A model generated the notes under the pieces. That model was given only the letters and a program-made list of their open reading frames with translations, searched no databases and was not told the DNA's origin. From Azolla caroliniana (taxonomy: Eukaryota > Plantae > Polypodiophyta), in NCBI GenBank assembly GCA_043228905.1, contig JBHGNT010000006.1, positions 1,736,001-1,800,000 on the forward strand: a stretch of 64,000 bases of DNA. The letters run 5' to 3'. Of this stretch, positions 46,341 to 60,334 are shown piece after piece; the stretch's first letter is position 1, and each line of letters opens with the position of its first letter. Both the position numbers and the translations under genes were made by a program.

Positions 46341-47467
46341 CTAGAGAGTGACAAGCCCCCTAGATCTTAGTCATTCTAGCAGAAGAGAACACCGTACTGA
46401 TAAGCTACCTGAAGAATGGACAGACACCCTCTTGTCCTCTGCTATGGAGGGGGTGCCAGAAAGGAATGAATGGATTGAAGGGAAGGAAAACCCTAGCTAA
46501 TATATGTCTGCAAACAGAGCTTGGCTCTGCAGGTATAAAAGAGGAAGACGCTTTCGTAGATGCTAAGACAGCAGAGCAAGCACACTAACAGTCAAACAGA
46601 CGTGTATGTATGTATATATATATACATACATATGTATGTATGTATGTATGCATGTATGTATGTACGTATGTATGTATGTATGCATGTAGCTGAAAATGCA
46701 CGTGGGCAATTTGTCTTCCATTTGACTAGTAGTGATAAGCCATAGCCATGGAGTCTAATGTTGTTGGCGGCTCCTGCTCCTGCTGCTGCTGATGATGATG
46801 GTGCCCGAGTGGGTCATGGATGGCCTCGATGACCTGCCACTCCCGACCATCTCCGGTCAATAAGACTCCGATCAAGAGTCTCCGTCTGGTCACTAGATAG
46901 CTCCCCTTGAGAGCGAGTTGTAGAACCGGCCGAGTCGAGCCCACCTCGTCCGCTACCCCGAGCCTTGTACTCTCTTCTTCATCGACCTCCCCGGAAGTTC
47001 CGCACTCGTATCGTAACAACTTGACTTGAGATTGTGGGTTGGGTGCCACATTGATTCCATGCGCACCCTCGAGTTTGCGCTTTGAACCCCCTAAAGCATT
47101 GACTCACTCAAGGAACGCATGCCTTGTCGGGTGCCCACATCAATCCCATCTGCACTCTCGAGTTTGCACTCTAAAACCTAAAACATTGACTTGCTTATAG
47201 GAACACATGGCTCATCGGGTGCAATATCGACTCGAGGTGTAGTCTCCAATCGATAGTTTGAACACCCTATATGTATTATAGGCTCGTCTAGTAAAATAAT
47301 CACTTCGAGTTTTTTTTTTCCAAACAACATATTCTTCCATTAGTTTTAAAATGGCATATTAGATACAAAATACAAAATAGAGAAGCGACAATTCTTCCCA
47401 ACCCGTCTTGTGTAAGACAATGGCTAGCCATTGATCTTTCATTTGATAGAAATGATTGAGCACTTCC

Positions 47468-47680
47468 TCAATTTTCCCCATTCTCAGCATCTCGAGTATC
47501 ACCACAGACTTTCAAGCCAGAACCAAGTACAAATGTATTTGGCAAGATATTATGTGTTTGCATTTCCTTCATGAGGTTTAGTGCTTCCTCACCATGCTCA
47601 TGGTCTACATCTTTGACTGGCAACTTGTCAAAAACTCGACGTGCTACTTCAATCAATCCAATTGCCAACAAGAAGATCTT
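47468..47680 (-). pseudogene. PLS-class pentatricopeptide-repeat gene fragment
   Basis: GLIEVARRVFDKLPVKDV-(SWNxMI..Y missing)-HEHGEEALNLMKEMQTHNILPNTFVLGSGLKVCG. Internally deleted and isolated. Confidence 0.75.
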
Positions 47681-50600
47681 TGTCAAATCCTTAATTGCTT
47701 CAAGTTTTGTGGGGTTTTAATCTTTATTTGGCGTGGTTTCTAATTTCAACTTCAAAAGGGATTTGATAGAATGATGGCATTCATTGGGTGAAGAATCAAA
47801 ATTGGGCACGATATTGATATGAGTTCTTCTCTCGGGTGTAGTATCAATGCAAATTTCCTATTAGAACCGCAACATTATCAAACCTATTTCTTCTTAGGGT
47901 GTATTAAAAACGTGGATTCTTGTTTGGATACAATAGCAATACAAGCTCTCCATCGGATGACAAGTGCAATATGTATTATGATACAATATCTGTGTTGGTT
48001 AGTAAATGTACAACTATTCGCATGAATCCCTCCTCCTCGATGGAAGTGCCACCCATCCCAATCTACGAGCAATAGTTAGGATGTAGCTCGTATCTTTGTG
48101 AAGCGATTCATATGTCAATTAGCATGTAGTTTGGGTAACCGTTGGGCTCATATATGTAAGCAGAAGTGTGCTTTATTGCTCATTCTACTCTTCATATTCA
48201 TTGGTCATGGATATGTCAATATCTACGAATGGGTTATATCTTACTCATGGGCTCCCGACCCATCAATGTGTTGTTACCATTGAGCATAGTTTGGAATATG
48301 TTGAAGCTTCCAAGTGTCTACTTGGTCTTGGATTGGGACATATGGTTGGGTTGGCATGACACATAAGTTTTGTTCCGTTTACTAACACGATTAGTTTACT
48401 GGTGTTAAGTACACAATTAGAAGATATTCCCCAAATACTTAATGATTATTCGTGTTGTGACCCAACTTCTGTCATAGCCTATGTTTATGTGCCCTTTGGA
48501 TTCATTGACCAAAAGATTGGGTTTATGTGTTCTCTCATATGTTATATCCATTCTTGATTGACAATAGACACAAACCAATTATCATAGATGACGTAAGTGT
48601 TTAGTCTACACACTTGCAAATCATATGCTGTAGTGTTTTTTTGTGTCTTTGATGAATATACAAAATTTTATCATGTGGTCACGTGCATTGGAGGTTTTTA
48701 TTGAGATGCACACCTACATGGCACTCTCTTTGTTCTTTGTTAGTGTTGCTATAGAGGGGCAATGATTTTGCATTTGGAGTGACAATTTTTTGGAAAGCTC
48801 AAACAAATATACTTAGAAAATACACGTTTAGGCATGACGGTGGTGTCCAAAAAATTGCTATTATTTTAATTGTGCACCGACCCCTTATAATATATGGAAT
48901 CGAGACATGAATTTACAATCACACGCAAGAAGAGGAAATCAAAGATTCTTGTTTATAATTCACATTGTGCAAGGAGGTGTCATAGTTATAGTCTCCTCGA
49001 TGAACTTAGAATCTACAAAATCATGGTAACATCATACAAGTAAGAAAGAGTGCAAAACGATGTGTAGAACTTAAAGTGCGTGCAAACCCCTCTCCCTCTC
49101 GTTCATTCAATTACATGCACATGATACTACACTGTTATGATCTTATGAAGGTATTGATTTCATGCATTTCAATAATTTATTAGGGTATTTTGAGATGTGT
49201 GGGTTTAGTAGGATTGATCTATAATTACTCATCTTGATCGCTCTACTTGCTTCTTAATTCGTTGATGCTTCTTCCTCATACTTATGCTACGTTTAAATGA
49301 GAAATAAAGGACGACTACATTGAATATCTTTTGCTCTTATTATTTGCATGAAAATAATAGTTAGAATTCACAATTAAGCTCATGAAAATAATGAAAATAA
49401 TAGTTAGAATTGTCTTATGCTTGTGAGCTTTTCTAAACATGAGATAACAATACAATTATATTGAGTTAAATAGAATCCGTGTTCTGAATATTCACAATCT
49501 TTGCTAAATATGCCTACAAGTGTTTTGAGGTGAATAAGTTTTTTGTACTAATCGCGATGTACGTTATTGTGCTTAGATTAACAAACTTCATAGGTCAACG
49601 GAGGAATGAGGGGGAAAAGCTACACAATTTGATGAATGAAAGAGAAAGCTAAGGAAATATATTTTCGCCAAGTTTCAAGGAAGAAACCACCCAAAATAGT
49701 GTGAAGAGGAAAGGAAAACACAAGTTGAAGTCCTAACACGTAGAAACTCTTTGTCTTCATCATCATCGAGGAACAAGAGGTGCCGAGAAATAAGAAGAAT
49801 AGTAGAAGGTCAAGGGCTACAAACGCGATAGCTCAATTGGGAGTTGATTGAGATCTAATGAATACGCGTGTAGCACGAGGTCATGATGTTTGACTTGCAT
49901 TGCAACAAGCAAAAATCATTGAGGTATCTAATTCCAAGTTTGTATATATGGTGTCCCTTATGCTACTTTAAACCAATAAACTACTTCATCAATGTTCATC
50001 TTTTGTTACTAACGAGCTATTAATAATTATTAAGCCCATTAGTCAGCAACGAAAAATCAGGAAATGACCATTATTTGAAATCGAGAAATGATTGTAAATG
50101 GAAGAAATTCGACTTCCTTTGACATATTGGAAAAACCCAAATTTTGATTTTGAGGAAGGTCAAAGTGGCTATGGAGACACTTTAAAATAATAAAAATCAA
50201 TGTTTGAGAAACTCAAAAGAGCAACTCTCCTCCATTGATGGAGGACTTGATAAAATACATGATGAATGTATTGTCACTTACTATGTATAGCACCAAAACA
50301 AACATAGTCAATAACGGAGGGCTAGGATGTCTCTTCATTTCTTGCACACAAAAGGGTTTAAATGGCATAACTAGTGGTTGATTGGCGTGAGGCTTGATAC
50401 AACCATAACTAGTCACTAATTTAGTCCGGGCTAATATAAAACATTCCTCAGGTATAATTTATAAAGTTAACGTCAACTCTCCCTTGGATAGTTTTAAGAA
50501 TCACAAGATATACTCTTGATAAAAACTAGAATAAAACATTCAAAATTTCTTCTACCCAAAGTTGTATTTATGATCGCAATTATCATGTGCTAGCCACATC

Positions 50601-53299
50601 CCATATGACTCGGGGCAATGTTGCTACTTTAAATATTAATATTTACATGTGAGCAACCTTTTAATAAAACATAAAAGGGCACATTGATAAGAGAGTCATC
50701 TTAGGAGGATGACTAATACTCACACGACTTGCAAATCACAAATGTGATGCTTTTGTCCATTATTTGTGGAAATGAGAGTCTCAATGTTTAGAAAATAGAA
50801 AAATAGAAAAATTGGCAAAAAAACTATCAATTTGTAGAACTACAAATACAACCAATTAAAACATGGTGCATGCGTTTTCCAACTCTAGGATTTTAAAGGC
50901 CCTTGATTTGAAACATGCCTAGAAAACAATAGCTTACTTGGATTTCAAATATTGTTCGAGATTACAAAGGCACAAATTGTGTAGTAATTTCAATTTAAGC
51001 CCATTGAGATGAAAGTAGGATAAAATATTAGGATACCATAAATGTGGTTACCGGTTTTGCACATGTAGCTTTTTTTTATAAAACTTTATCGATACCCACT
51101 TGTACAAACAAAAAAGCATATAGAGATTGCAACATGAGCAATTATTTCCATCAAACCACGACCATTCTACTTTGCCAAGGTTTGGCCTGAATGCCTTGAT
51201 ATCTAAGAAGTAAATGTTGCAGTTTTTTTGAAAACCACAATTTGAAACTCTGTGGTAATCAAATATATGGATAAAAAGGAGGTTCATGCACAAATACGAA
51301 TCGTCAATGTATTAGTTTATCATGCCTTTATTTTATGTAAAAGATAGATTGAGATACGACTTCCCAATCATGTTTTTACCGTCCAAATTTCTTTACTTCT
51401 AAACACACAAGTGGCCCAAACTAAAACATAAACAAATATTTGTCTTAATTGCATACAATCAAATGCATAGTGAGAACCCTCAACAAGGAAAGATGTTGCA
51501 ACATGAATATTGAAAAGAATCTTTTGTTTTTAGGAGGGTGGTGATCTCTTAATATCCAAAATAGAATGAAAGGAAATCAACATGCCCTATGCAAATGGTG
51601 GAGCCTATTGACTAATTTGGTGCAATGCGCAAACCTTTATTGACTGTTGATATATGGGTTCTAGTACAAGAATCTAATAATAAAGTAATGCTTAACATTG
51701 GATATTATAGTCCTTTAGCAATTCAATGCGCATATAGTTTCCCCGACTAAATTAGAGTGGTCGACACAACAACAATGCCTTTATGTTTAGGAATTAAAAT
51801 AAGTTATTGATTGAAATGCCCATAAATAATGGGTTATGTTGAACAATTGGCTAACACTTGCACTTACTCTCACAAATGAAGGGTTTATTATAACAAACAA
51901 TAACAATTGTGATGCTAATAAGCACCCTTAGTATTTGTGCCTAAACATTTACTTGTAACAAAGAATCATTGTTATCTATCAGACAAATCTAAAAAAATAA
52001 CTTCATATTGGCCTCACTACATTACCAAAAATCAGTCAATGAGGATTATTAAATGAGAGAGTTGGTTGTGTCAAGTAAAATAGTATGATGTGATCCTATT
52101 GATGATCTGGACACATGGCCTGAGTTTGTAATGCATACATATAATGCAATAGGCATGATTGTAGTTAACATTTCAAGTCGTTAGTACTCCACGAGCCTCA
52201 TGCTTCGCTACAAAGGAAAGAAAGTCTATGATGAAGAACAACTCATCATTGCATTGCACACTACATTTACATGAATCATAGTAAAATATTGGTACACATT
52301 TCTCTAGATTGACATGCCTAGACAATGGTAATTTCTTACGACTGATTGTGATTTCTCATAATGAGCTACTTTATGTGCAACGGGTCATGACCAATTTAAA
52401 ATTTCTCACAGTGGCCAATGCTTAACATCGTACTATCTATAACCACACGACGATGTGACATATCAACTTATGATTAAATAGACCAAAACACTCATAATGT
52501 GCTTAAACTACAATTTCAATGCAATATCTTTTTACGAAATTTTATTGCATGTAAGATACCCCTCTTGCTTGAAGAGATTATTAACAATGTATTGCCGGTT
52601 TAAATTCCTCAAAGATTCATAATAGTTTCTTTCTTACGCCTTTGCAATGCACCAAACTTTAACCTTTGTAAATGATGATCACTTGGTGTAAGCATGTTTC
52701 TTCCTCGAACATGTGTCTTCCTATGGAGATATGCTTTTACATCAAAATCATTCTTTTGAGATTGAATTGACATGTACTCTATTCTAGGAGACATGAGTAG
52801 GAACAAGTGTCAATCATTCCTATGTCCCCTATAGTAAATGTTAATCACGACACAAATAAATCTTAACTACTCTTTACTCGAGGAATGTATTTGAAAGACC
52901 TTAATACTTCATCCATGTGCTTATTGCAATAGACACTCGAGTACTAAGGAATGAAACCTTGACATGGGTGTTTTGTTTTGGGTTATTCAAAGTGTTTAAA
53001 GAGACCGAAAGAGAGATTAGAAGATGTAAGTTCAAGGTCAGCTTTTTACTTAAATTTCAAGAAGGAATAGACAAAGCTTAAAGGTGACTCGTATATTCTT
53101 ACATTTCCCTCGGGTCTTTTCACACCTAAGTCATCACTAAGTTCCATTTCTTTCATGTTCTTCTTTATCGTCCCTCTTTCCTTGTGCTAAGTTGTTTCTT
53201 GAGCATTGACATCAATGCTCTTGCTTTAGAAACAAGGAAATGATGTCAATGCCACACACTTAACAATAAGCTAACCGTGATGTGTTTCTTGTGCATTAC

Positions 53300-54170
53300 T
53301 TTTTATGTATTGTGTTTTCATTGAAGATTACACAACTCCTCAAAGAGGACCACAGAAGGGCATCTTTTCACTTCAAGGTATAGAGGGACTCCTTTATTCA
53401 ACAAATAGCTAAGGAGTAGTTGGTAAGAAGAACCACCATTTATGTCTTGCAGTCATGAGGTGATGTTGTGGAAGAGAGCATAATAATGATACACTATTGG
53501 ATCATTAAATTCATCCTTTCAATGATGACATTTTAAGATAGCATATAGAGGTAAGTTAATTCCCTTGGCAAACCATGAGAAAAAAATAGATTAAGGCACC
53601 GTCTATATGGTGGAGGGAAAAATATCACATTTTATTGCTAATGCCATCAATGAAGGAACCCCGAGATCCTTATTATTGTTAGATAGGAATTAGATATGTC
53701 CTTATCACCCAAGGAGGGTCACTCAAAATGAAAGAGCTAAGTTTGTCTCTCATACATGCTATGATCACATATATATCAAATGACAAAAATCAAGAAAAGA
53801 AAATACCTCTTTCATACAAGGGTGCACATTCCCAGTTTGCTTATGTGGACCAAGCAAAAGTGGAACAAAGAAACATCAAGATGTTTGGCCAATACAAGCA
53901 TATAGTTAGAAACACCTCAAACATGCATAGTATAAAGGATATGGGTTTAAGTTTAGTCATGATTGATGAGGCTAGATTCCTTTGTTAGTTTCTAACACAT
54001 GTTACTCACAACATCCTGACTATCATATGCACAATATTGCTCTAACATTTAGTTAAGACATGACACAACCCCTTAAACAAAAAGATTGGGCCATTGCTCC
54101 TTAAGTGTATGATGCATTGCCAACATCTAGAATGTTGCAAAAATGATCATATGGCAAAGAACTAGATAAC
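53300..54170 (+). mobile_element. Highly decayed Gypsy-like integrase relic
   Basis: Remnants such as AYVDQAKVEQRNIK..IVRNTSN..KDMGLSL resemble the rve C-terminal half. Heavily disrupted. Confidence 0.3.
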
Positions 54171-54336
54171 ATAACTTTACGCAATAGATTACATAAATGA
54201 TGTGTTATGTATGTGTGTGTGTTTGAGAGAGGAGAGGGAATGCCTAGATGATGTAACTTGGTTGATAATGTTGTTTGATAGAGATTAGGAGGTTGTGCGT
54301 TCTACTCGCACATTCCATAGTGGCACCTAGAATTTT

Positions 54337-54398
<62 letters not shown>

Positions 54399-57300
54399 AA
54401 AACGCGATGACGTTCCAAGAGTAGTGTTGAAACATGTTTTTGATGTAACTTTGTACTCAGAACTCCATTTTTTATGATTTTTTGCTCCTTGCGAAGCTCA
54501 TTTAGAGGGCTTTTCAAGGATTATTTGGATGTAATGTTTCGTTATCGTTACAAGAAGATACAAGTAAAAGTGTCATCGTCTCAAGTTAGTTCTCTCAATC
54601 TCTATTAGGATGGCTGACACAACAACAGGAAGTGAGTTGATGATTGTGATGGATGTGGAAGTGATGATGATTATGAAAATTACAGGAGGCAAAAGTGTAT
54701 TGATTCTACAGAACATGAGAAAACATCATATTTTGCTATTCTTGGTGGGAAAGATGTTATTGGAGATGATTAGGATATTGATAATCGTCGTGATTTTGTT
54801 AAAGCTTTGCTTTCCGATTTTATAGAAAAAAGTGAGAAAGATGCTAAAGATTGTGTGGAGGAGGATGTTGTCGGGATGGTGATGGAGACCAACTCTATGT
54901 TAGCAACTTTTGACAGATTGTATGATCGTGGTGTTATTTTGTATTTCACTAACAAACTTCCTTTGGTATAATGGATTAAGCAGTGGTTGAATTCATTCAT
55001 AATCCCTAATTGTGTTGAGGATGTGTATGTGGGTCCAAAAGGTTTCTATGATGTAGTTTTTCGATCGTCAGAACACCGTACGGTTTTGATGGCAAAGGTA
55101 CTAATCTTTTTTGATAGAAGATTAGTGCATGTAATAGAATGGGTTCCAGTGGTGGATTATAAAGATTTATTAAAACAACAATGTCCAATTTGGGTGACCG
55201 TTGATTGTAGTAACTCATTATTTTGGGATTTACTACCATGATTGATGCCCCAAATTGGTAAAGTTTTGGTTGCGCTTCATGTTAATTCGTTGAACAAATG
55301 TAGATTTTGCATGTTATGGGATACAAGTTGTAAACTTACAGGATGGTTGAGTATCTATACATCTCGATTTGGTCGATTTGGTTTTAAGCTTCAATGGGAA
55401 ACTTTTGTAGGACATTGTTTTGATTGTGGTAAATTGGGGCATTTTATGGCTGAATGCCAATATCATGGTGAACTATCCCTAGAAAATAATGTCAAAGGGA
55501 AAAATAAAGAATATGTTGAGAAGAATATTGTCTCAATGGTTGATATGGTCATGGATGAGGGAACATCTCATGGGTTAGAGCGAGATCCTAAAGTTCATGG
55601 TCATGTTAGAGGTGTTGGGGAGGAGAATGGAGTATGTAATAATGATGGCACAAATGTTGAAGATGGAGAGTGGCATCAAGTGAAGCATAAGATAAAAGGG
55701 AAGGGTATTGTCATACAAAGGGAATCAAAAAATACTAATGGTACGACATTACCAAAAGATAATTTGAGATTGAAGGAGGGGTTTAAGAATAATCATTGGC
55801 AGAAACAAGTGCGTAATCAAAGATTGTCCAACCAATTACAATTCGATTCTTTAGGAAGGGTGGTACGACCTCAATTAAAGTCCTCGTAGAGCTAGACAAA
55901 TATTGGTGGAAGGGATGTAGTACACACAAATCTTTATGCAGCTCTTGAACAAGTAGTAAGTACATTCATGAATACACTTGCTCATAAAGAGCAAGTTCTT
56001 ACCAAAGGTGTTAAATGAAAGTGATATCATGGAATGTGAGAGGGGCATCTTCTCCTCATAAGAGATATATATTATGGAAAACTTTATTTGATAAAAATTG
56101 GGATGTTTTATGTGCTGTTGAACATAAGTGTCATGATTTAGCAGGATCTGTGTTACATTTGCGTGGATATTCCGCATATTATGTAGGATAGTTATCACAT
56201 CATTATTTAGGGGTTGCCATGATTATTCGTGATTCGTTTTGTCCACATATAGTCTATAATGATCCATATGGAGGTTTTTTGGTGATGGAAGTCAAATATT
56301 TTGAAGAGTTGATATGGTTGGTAGGAATCTATGCACCCAATAATGTTAATCAGCGCATTGAGTTATGGTCTTCAATGTATCCACAGTTATTAGTGGGATG
56401 TGTTGGTTTGTTAATGGGTGATTTTAATATGTGTGTTGATGCTTCACAATCTACTTCATGATTCTCATTGATGGATTCTCTTGAGCAAGCAGTTTGGGAC
56501 AAATTGGCATCAGAGGTTTTGAAGTTGGATGTATGGAAATGGTTGCATCAAGATGAGGTTGGGTTTACATTTCAGTTTATGCAATACAAGGAAACATGAA
56601 GTAGGTCAAATAGAATGTATGTTATGCATGATGAGTCCTTTTTGCCAGAGATGCTTAATATGTCAATTATGGAAGAGGTTGTGACATCAAATCATTTTTC
56701 CATATGTTTTGAGTTTAATAAACATGGGGTAGATATGTACAAAACATTGCTTCAACGAGTTCCTTTGAGGTTTAATTCTTCTTTATTATTACATTCTTTA
56801 TTTTATGCCTATATGCAACAAATTTTTGACATGTTTTCAGAACAAGTTATTTCAAAAGGATAGCATGCATGGGATACAACACTACAAAACATCAATGATA
56901 TTCATCGTATGTATGGTATGACTAATGTTAAAAGACGTAAGAACTTGATTGAAAAGTTTTCATATATTCTTACGCGGTGCAATGTATTATTGATGAATAA
57001 TCCACATGATGAAGAGCTTTTGGATGTTCAAGTTCAAGTACAGGACATTGTGAAGAAATTGTCTTATCAAAGTTATCAACAGACAAGACCACGTCAATTA
57101 AAGGAGGGATTTATAGAAAATCAATCACAATCTCATACGTTTTTTCAAGGATTAAGACCACCATATGCTCGTTCAAATGTGGTACAAATTAAGATAGGGA
57201 ATAACATTGTTGTAGACCTAGTCAAGGTTATTGAGTTATGTATTACTCATTTTAAGAATTTGATTGGGCTAGAGTTGATTATTAATGAGGATGTCTTGAA

Positions 57301-58180
57301 CGCATGACAAGAGTTTTATAATGTAAGTGGGAGTGTTGTGAATACAAATATTTGTCAAGAATTGGATGCTGATTTTGAAGAAGCTGAGGTGGAAAAGGTA
57401 TTGTTACATCTTCCAAATGGTAAAAGCCCTAGCTGGGATGGTGTTACAAATGAAGTTTTTAAGAAGTATGCTAACATGCTTAAGAGTTCATTCACACAAA
57501 TGTTTCAACAATGTTGGGATTCTGGTTTCATGCTTGAGAGCTGGAAGGTGGGCTTAATCAAATTGATACCAAATGTACCATCTTCGGAGTCATTTCATCA
57601 ATGGAGGCCTATTTCATTGATGGGAGGGTTGTACAAAGTGTTTGCAAAGATATTATCCAACAAACTTAAGAAGTTCTTACCTCAACTTATTTATCCATCT
57701 CAATATGGTTTTATTATAGGTAGAAATACATTGCATAATGTTTTGATTGTTCAAATGGCGACTGATTATGCTCGACATACACATCAAGAAATGGTTATGG
57801 TGCAATTAGATTTGGAAAAAGCATATGATCATGTTAATTGGTCTTTCCTTTCAGGTGTGATGTATAATATGGGGTTTGGTCCTCGTATGTGTCGACTTAT
57901 CTTTTTGCTAGGGCAAAATGCAACCTCTCGTGTGATGCTTAATAGTACAGTCACTCTGGAAGTGTTTCTTACTAGATCCGTGCGGCAAGGATGTCCACTA
58001 AGCCCATTGTTATTTGCTATTGTTACACATCCTTTGTTACTAATGTTGTCAAATCTTGAGGCCAGTGGTGATATTGTGGGTTTGCATATTCCTTCTGGTG
58101 GACAGTTGGTGGCACAAGCATTGGCAGATGATTCTTTTATGTTTTTACAAGACGCACGCGCGAACCTTCGCGACATCATT

Positions 58181-58198
58181 TGGTGAACCCAACGTGAA
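58181..58198 (+). other. Primer-binding site complementary to the tRNA-Trp 3' end
   Basis: TGGTGAACCCAACGTGAA versus the reverse complement of plant cytosolic tRNA-Trp 3' end as I recall it (TGGTGAACCCGACGTGAA): one mismatch, 5 nt after the LTR end. Confidence 0.75.
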
Positions 58199-58219
58199 GA
58201 GCAGCAGGGGAGGACGAAG

Positions 58220-60334
58220 ATGGATGGCGAATATCTCATGGAGGCAATGTCAAAAAGGATGATGGAGTTTCTAAGAGAAGGGAAAAGACGAAATGAAGCC
58301 CAACAAGCCGTCGATAGCGTAGTCGAGCGAGTGAGCTATTTCAACGGCGCTGAAGTCCAAAGTTTCCTAAAAGTCTACAATGCGGAGATGGATTCAAGAG
58401 GTGTGGACAAATCTATGAGGCTAGAGTACTTTTGTTGGGTGGTGTCTCAACCGATCTTCAAAGATGTAAAAGAGCTTCTAGAAGCTCATGATTCATGGGC
58501 GACTTTCGAGAAGACTCTATTGGAGGAATATGGCTATGAGAGACTGAAGGGACGAGATCGATGCAACTTCGACCAATGGGTGACATCAACGAAGGCCCAC
58601 CAAGGCGCGACACAAGCATTTGTAGACTTCGAGCATCATTTTTCTCAACTCTCAGAGCGGGAACAAAGATTAGTGGGGGTCGATAAGGTCCTTATGTTCG
58701 TGAAGTCAATCGATCGAATGGAAAGGATGTCCATCGGCCTCAAACTCGAAGAAGATGATGGTGCAAATGGCCTCATTGAGGATTGGAGCAAAGTGGAAAG
58801 TGTATACCGACTACACGATAAGGGGCGAGCGAGAATAGCGACGACAACAAGACGGCCCATGAGGGACGATCGAAGAGGGGTGAGATGCAGCAACGCGCCA
58901 CAAACAAAAGAAATAAAGCTTAAAAGGGAGACAAAACCGAGGCGAATGGTGATCGAGGAAGAAGAGACCTCCCAACAAATGCGGGTTAATGAAGTGGCCG
59001 ATACAAAGGCTCAGGTTCGGTATGACGGTACCGAGAGAGAAGGTGCGAAACAAGTCACCTTCTTGTCTTACGAAGAAACGACGGCCAAGGAGGAGGCCGA
59101 TGACTCGAGGACGGCGAACGCCACTTCGAGGGAGGATAAATGTTTCGGAACACGCATTGTGTACGAAACATCGGGTGATGAAGGTGCAAGCATGAGAAAA
59201 GCTTGCATGATTGAGGGAGATAAAGTGTTTGAGTCCGATGTGATTGAGGAGTCGACGACGGATAGCCATGTCGACATGGCTATGGATGAGTCGACGACGG
59301 ATAGCCATGTCGACACTTTCTCCACGCTTGTTCCAGAGATTTCGGCGGTTGCGCCCGTGTGCCAACGTGAGACTGGAGAGATGGAAGGTGGTGACGGGAA
59401 GACGAAGGCCCAACACAAAGAGGAAGAAGATCGAGGAAGAAAGGATATCCCCAAACCTATTCTAGAGACTTCGGCGGTTGTGCACGTGCACCAACGTGAG
59501 ACCGGAGAGACGGAATGTGTCGACGGAAAAGCGGACGACCAGAAGGGTGATGAGGAAGACAAGGTAAATGTGCATGAACGAAGGGATTCCTTCACACTGG
59601 TTCCGGAGACTTCGGCAGTCGAGACTGTGTGTCGACATAAGACTGAAGATAAAGGAGGTGGCAGAGAGGAGACAATATGGCTAGAGGCGAGCATACACAA
59701 AGGGAAGGATGTGGCCGATGAGGAGGCCAAGGATGAAGCCCTAGTTGAGTTCGATGGAGAGGCGGCATGCGGGAAAGAAGGAAGAGTCGAGAACCGGTCG
59801 AACCGGAAGACGATCCGGCTAGGATTCCGGCCCGAACGAAGGAAGATCCACATGGGAGTCGATCGACCGGGGCCGACCCGACCGAAACCTGATTCGGCCG
59901 AAATTGATCGGACAATCCCGATCCAAAAGGGGGCCGACCTGGCAGGAATCAATCGGTCGAGCCTGACTCGGCGAAATGCGAATGCAAACGAAGGCCAACA
60001 GAGCCAAGAAGTGATCGGCGGAGACCGATCCGGACAAGGGCAAACCCGGCCTAATCAGAGATTGACACGAACGATCCACAATACCCAGTTGAAGACGGTG
60101 AGCGCAAGGAGTGGCCAAGAGTCCAATCGAAGGACACGTGCGGTGGACGAAGGAAGAGCGGTCGGATCGACGACATCGTTCGGTAGATCTACTACAACCG
60201 ACCGGGGAAGAAGGTGTGAGCACCGGATATGGTGGATCGGGTGGTTACAGTGGTTTAGTTGGAAAGATTGGGCATACTCAAAGTGGAAGACGAAGTTAGA
60301 CAAGGTCGACGAGCGTGCGGAGGAACTCGGTTGA
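58220..60334 (+). CDS. 704-aa Gag-like ORF of the LTR element
   Basis: N-terminal FNGAEVQSFLKVY..SWATFEKTLLEEY is capsid-like. A long acidic region with internal repeats and a Trp-rich tail follow. No PR/RT/IN motifs are visible. Confidence 0.7.
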   Translation: MDGEYLMEAMSKRMMEFLREGKRRNEAQQAVDSVVERVSYFNGAEVQSFLKVYNAEMDSRGVDKSMRLEYFCWVVSQPIFKDVKELLEAHDSWATFEKTLLEEYGYERLKGRDRCNFDQWVTSTKAHQGATQAFVDFEHHFSQLSEREQRLVGVDKVLMFVKSIDRMERMSIGLKLEEDDGANGLIEDWSKVESVYRLHDKGRARIATTTRRPMRDDRRGVRCSNAPQTKEIKLKRETKPRRMVIEEEETSQQMRVNEVADTKAQVRYDGTEREGAKQVTFLSYEETTAKEEADDSRTANATSREDKCFGTRIVYETSGDEGASMRKACMIEGDKVFESDVIEESTTDSHVDMAMDESTTDSHVDTFSTLVPEISAVAPVCQRETGEMEGGDGKTKAQHKEEEDRGRKDIPKPILETSAVVHVHQRETGETECVDGKADDQKGDEEDKVNVHERRDSFTLVPETSAVETVCRHKTEDKGGGREETIWLEASIHKGKDVADEEAKDEALVEFDGEAACGKEGRVENRSNRKTIRLGFRPERRKIHMGVDRPGPTRPKPDSAEIDRTIPIQKGADLAGINRSSLTRRNANANEGQQSQEVIGGDRSGQGQTRPNQRLTRTIHNTQLKTVSARSGQESNRRTRAVDEGRAVGSTTSFGRSTTTDRGRRCEHRIWWIGWLQWFSWKDWAYSKWKTKLDKVDERAEELG

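Noticed and set aside
58645-60303. Long antisense ORFs (201, 294 and 134 aa) opposite the Gag-like ORF
   Set aside because: Expected shadow ORFs of a GC-rich, purine-biased coding strand, with no motifs.
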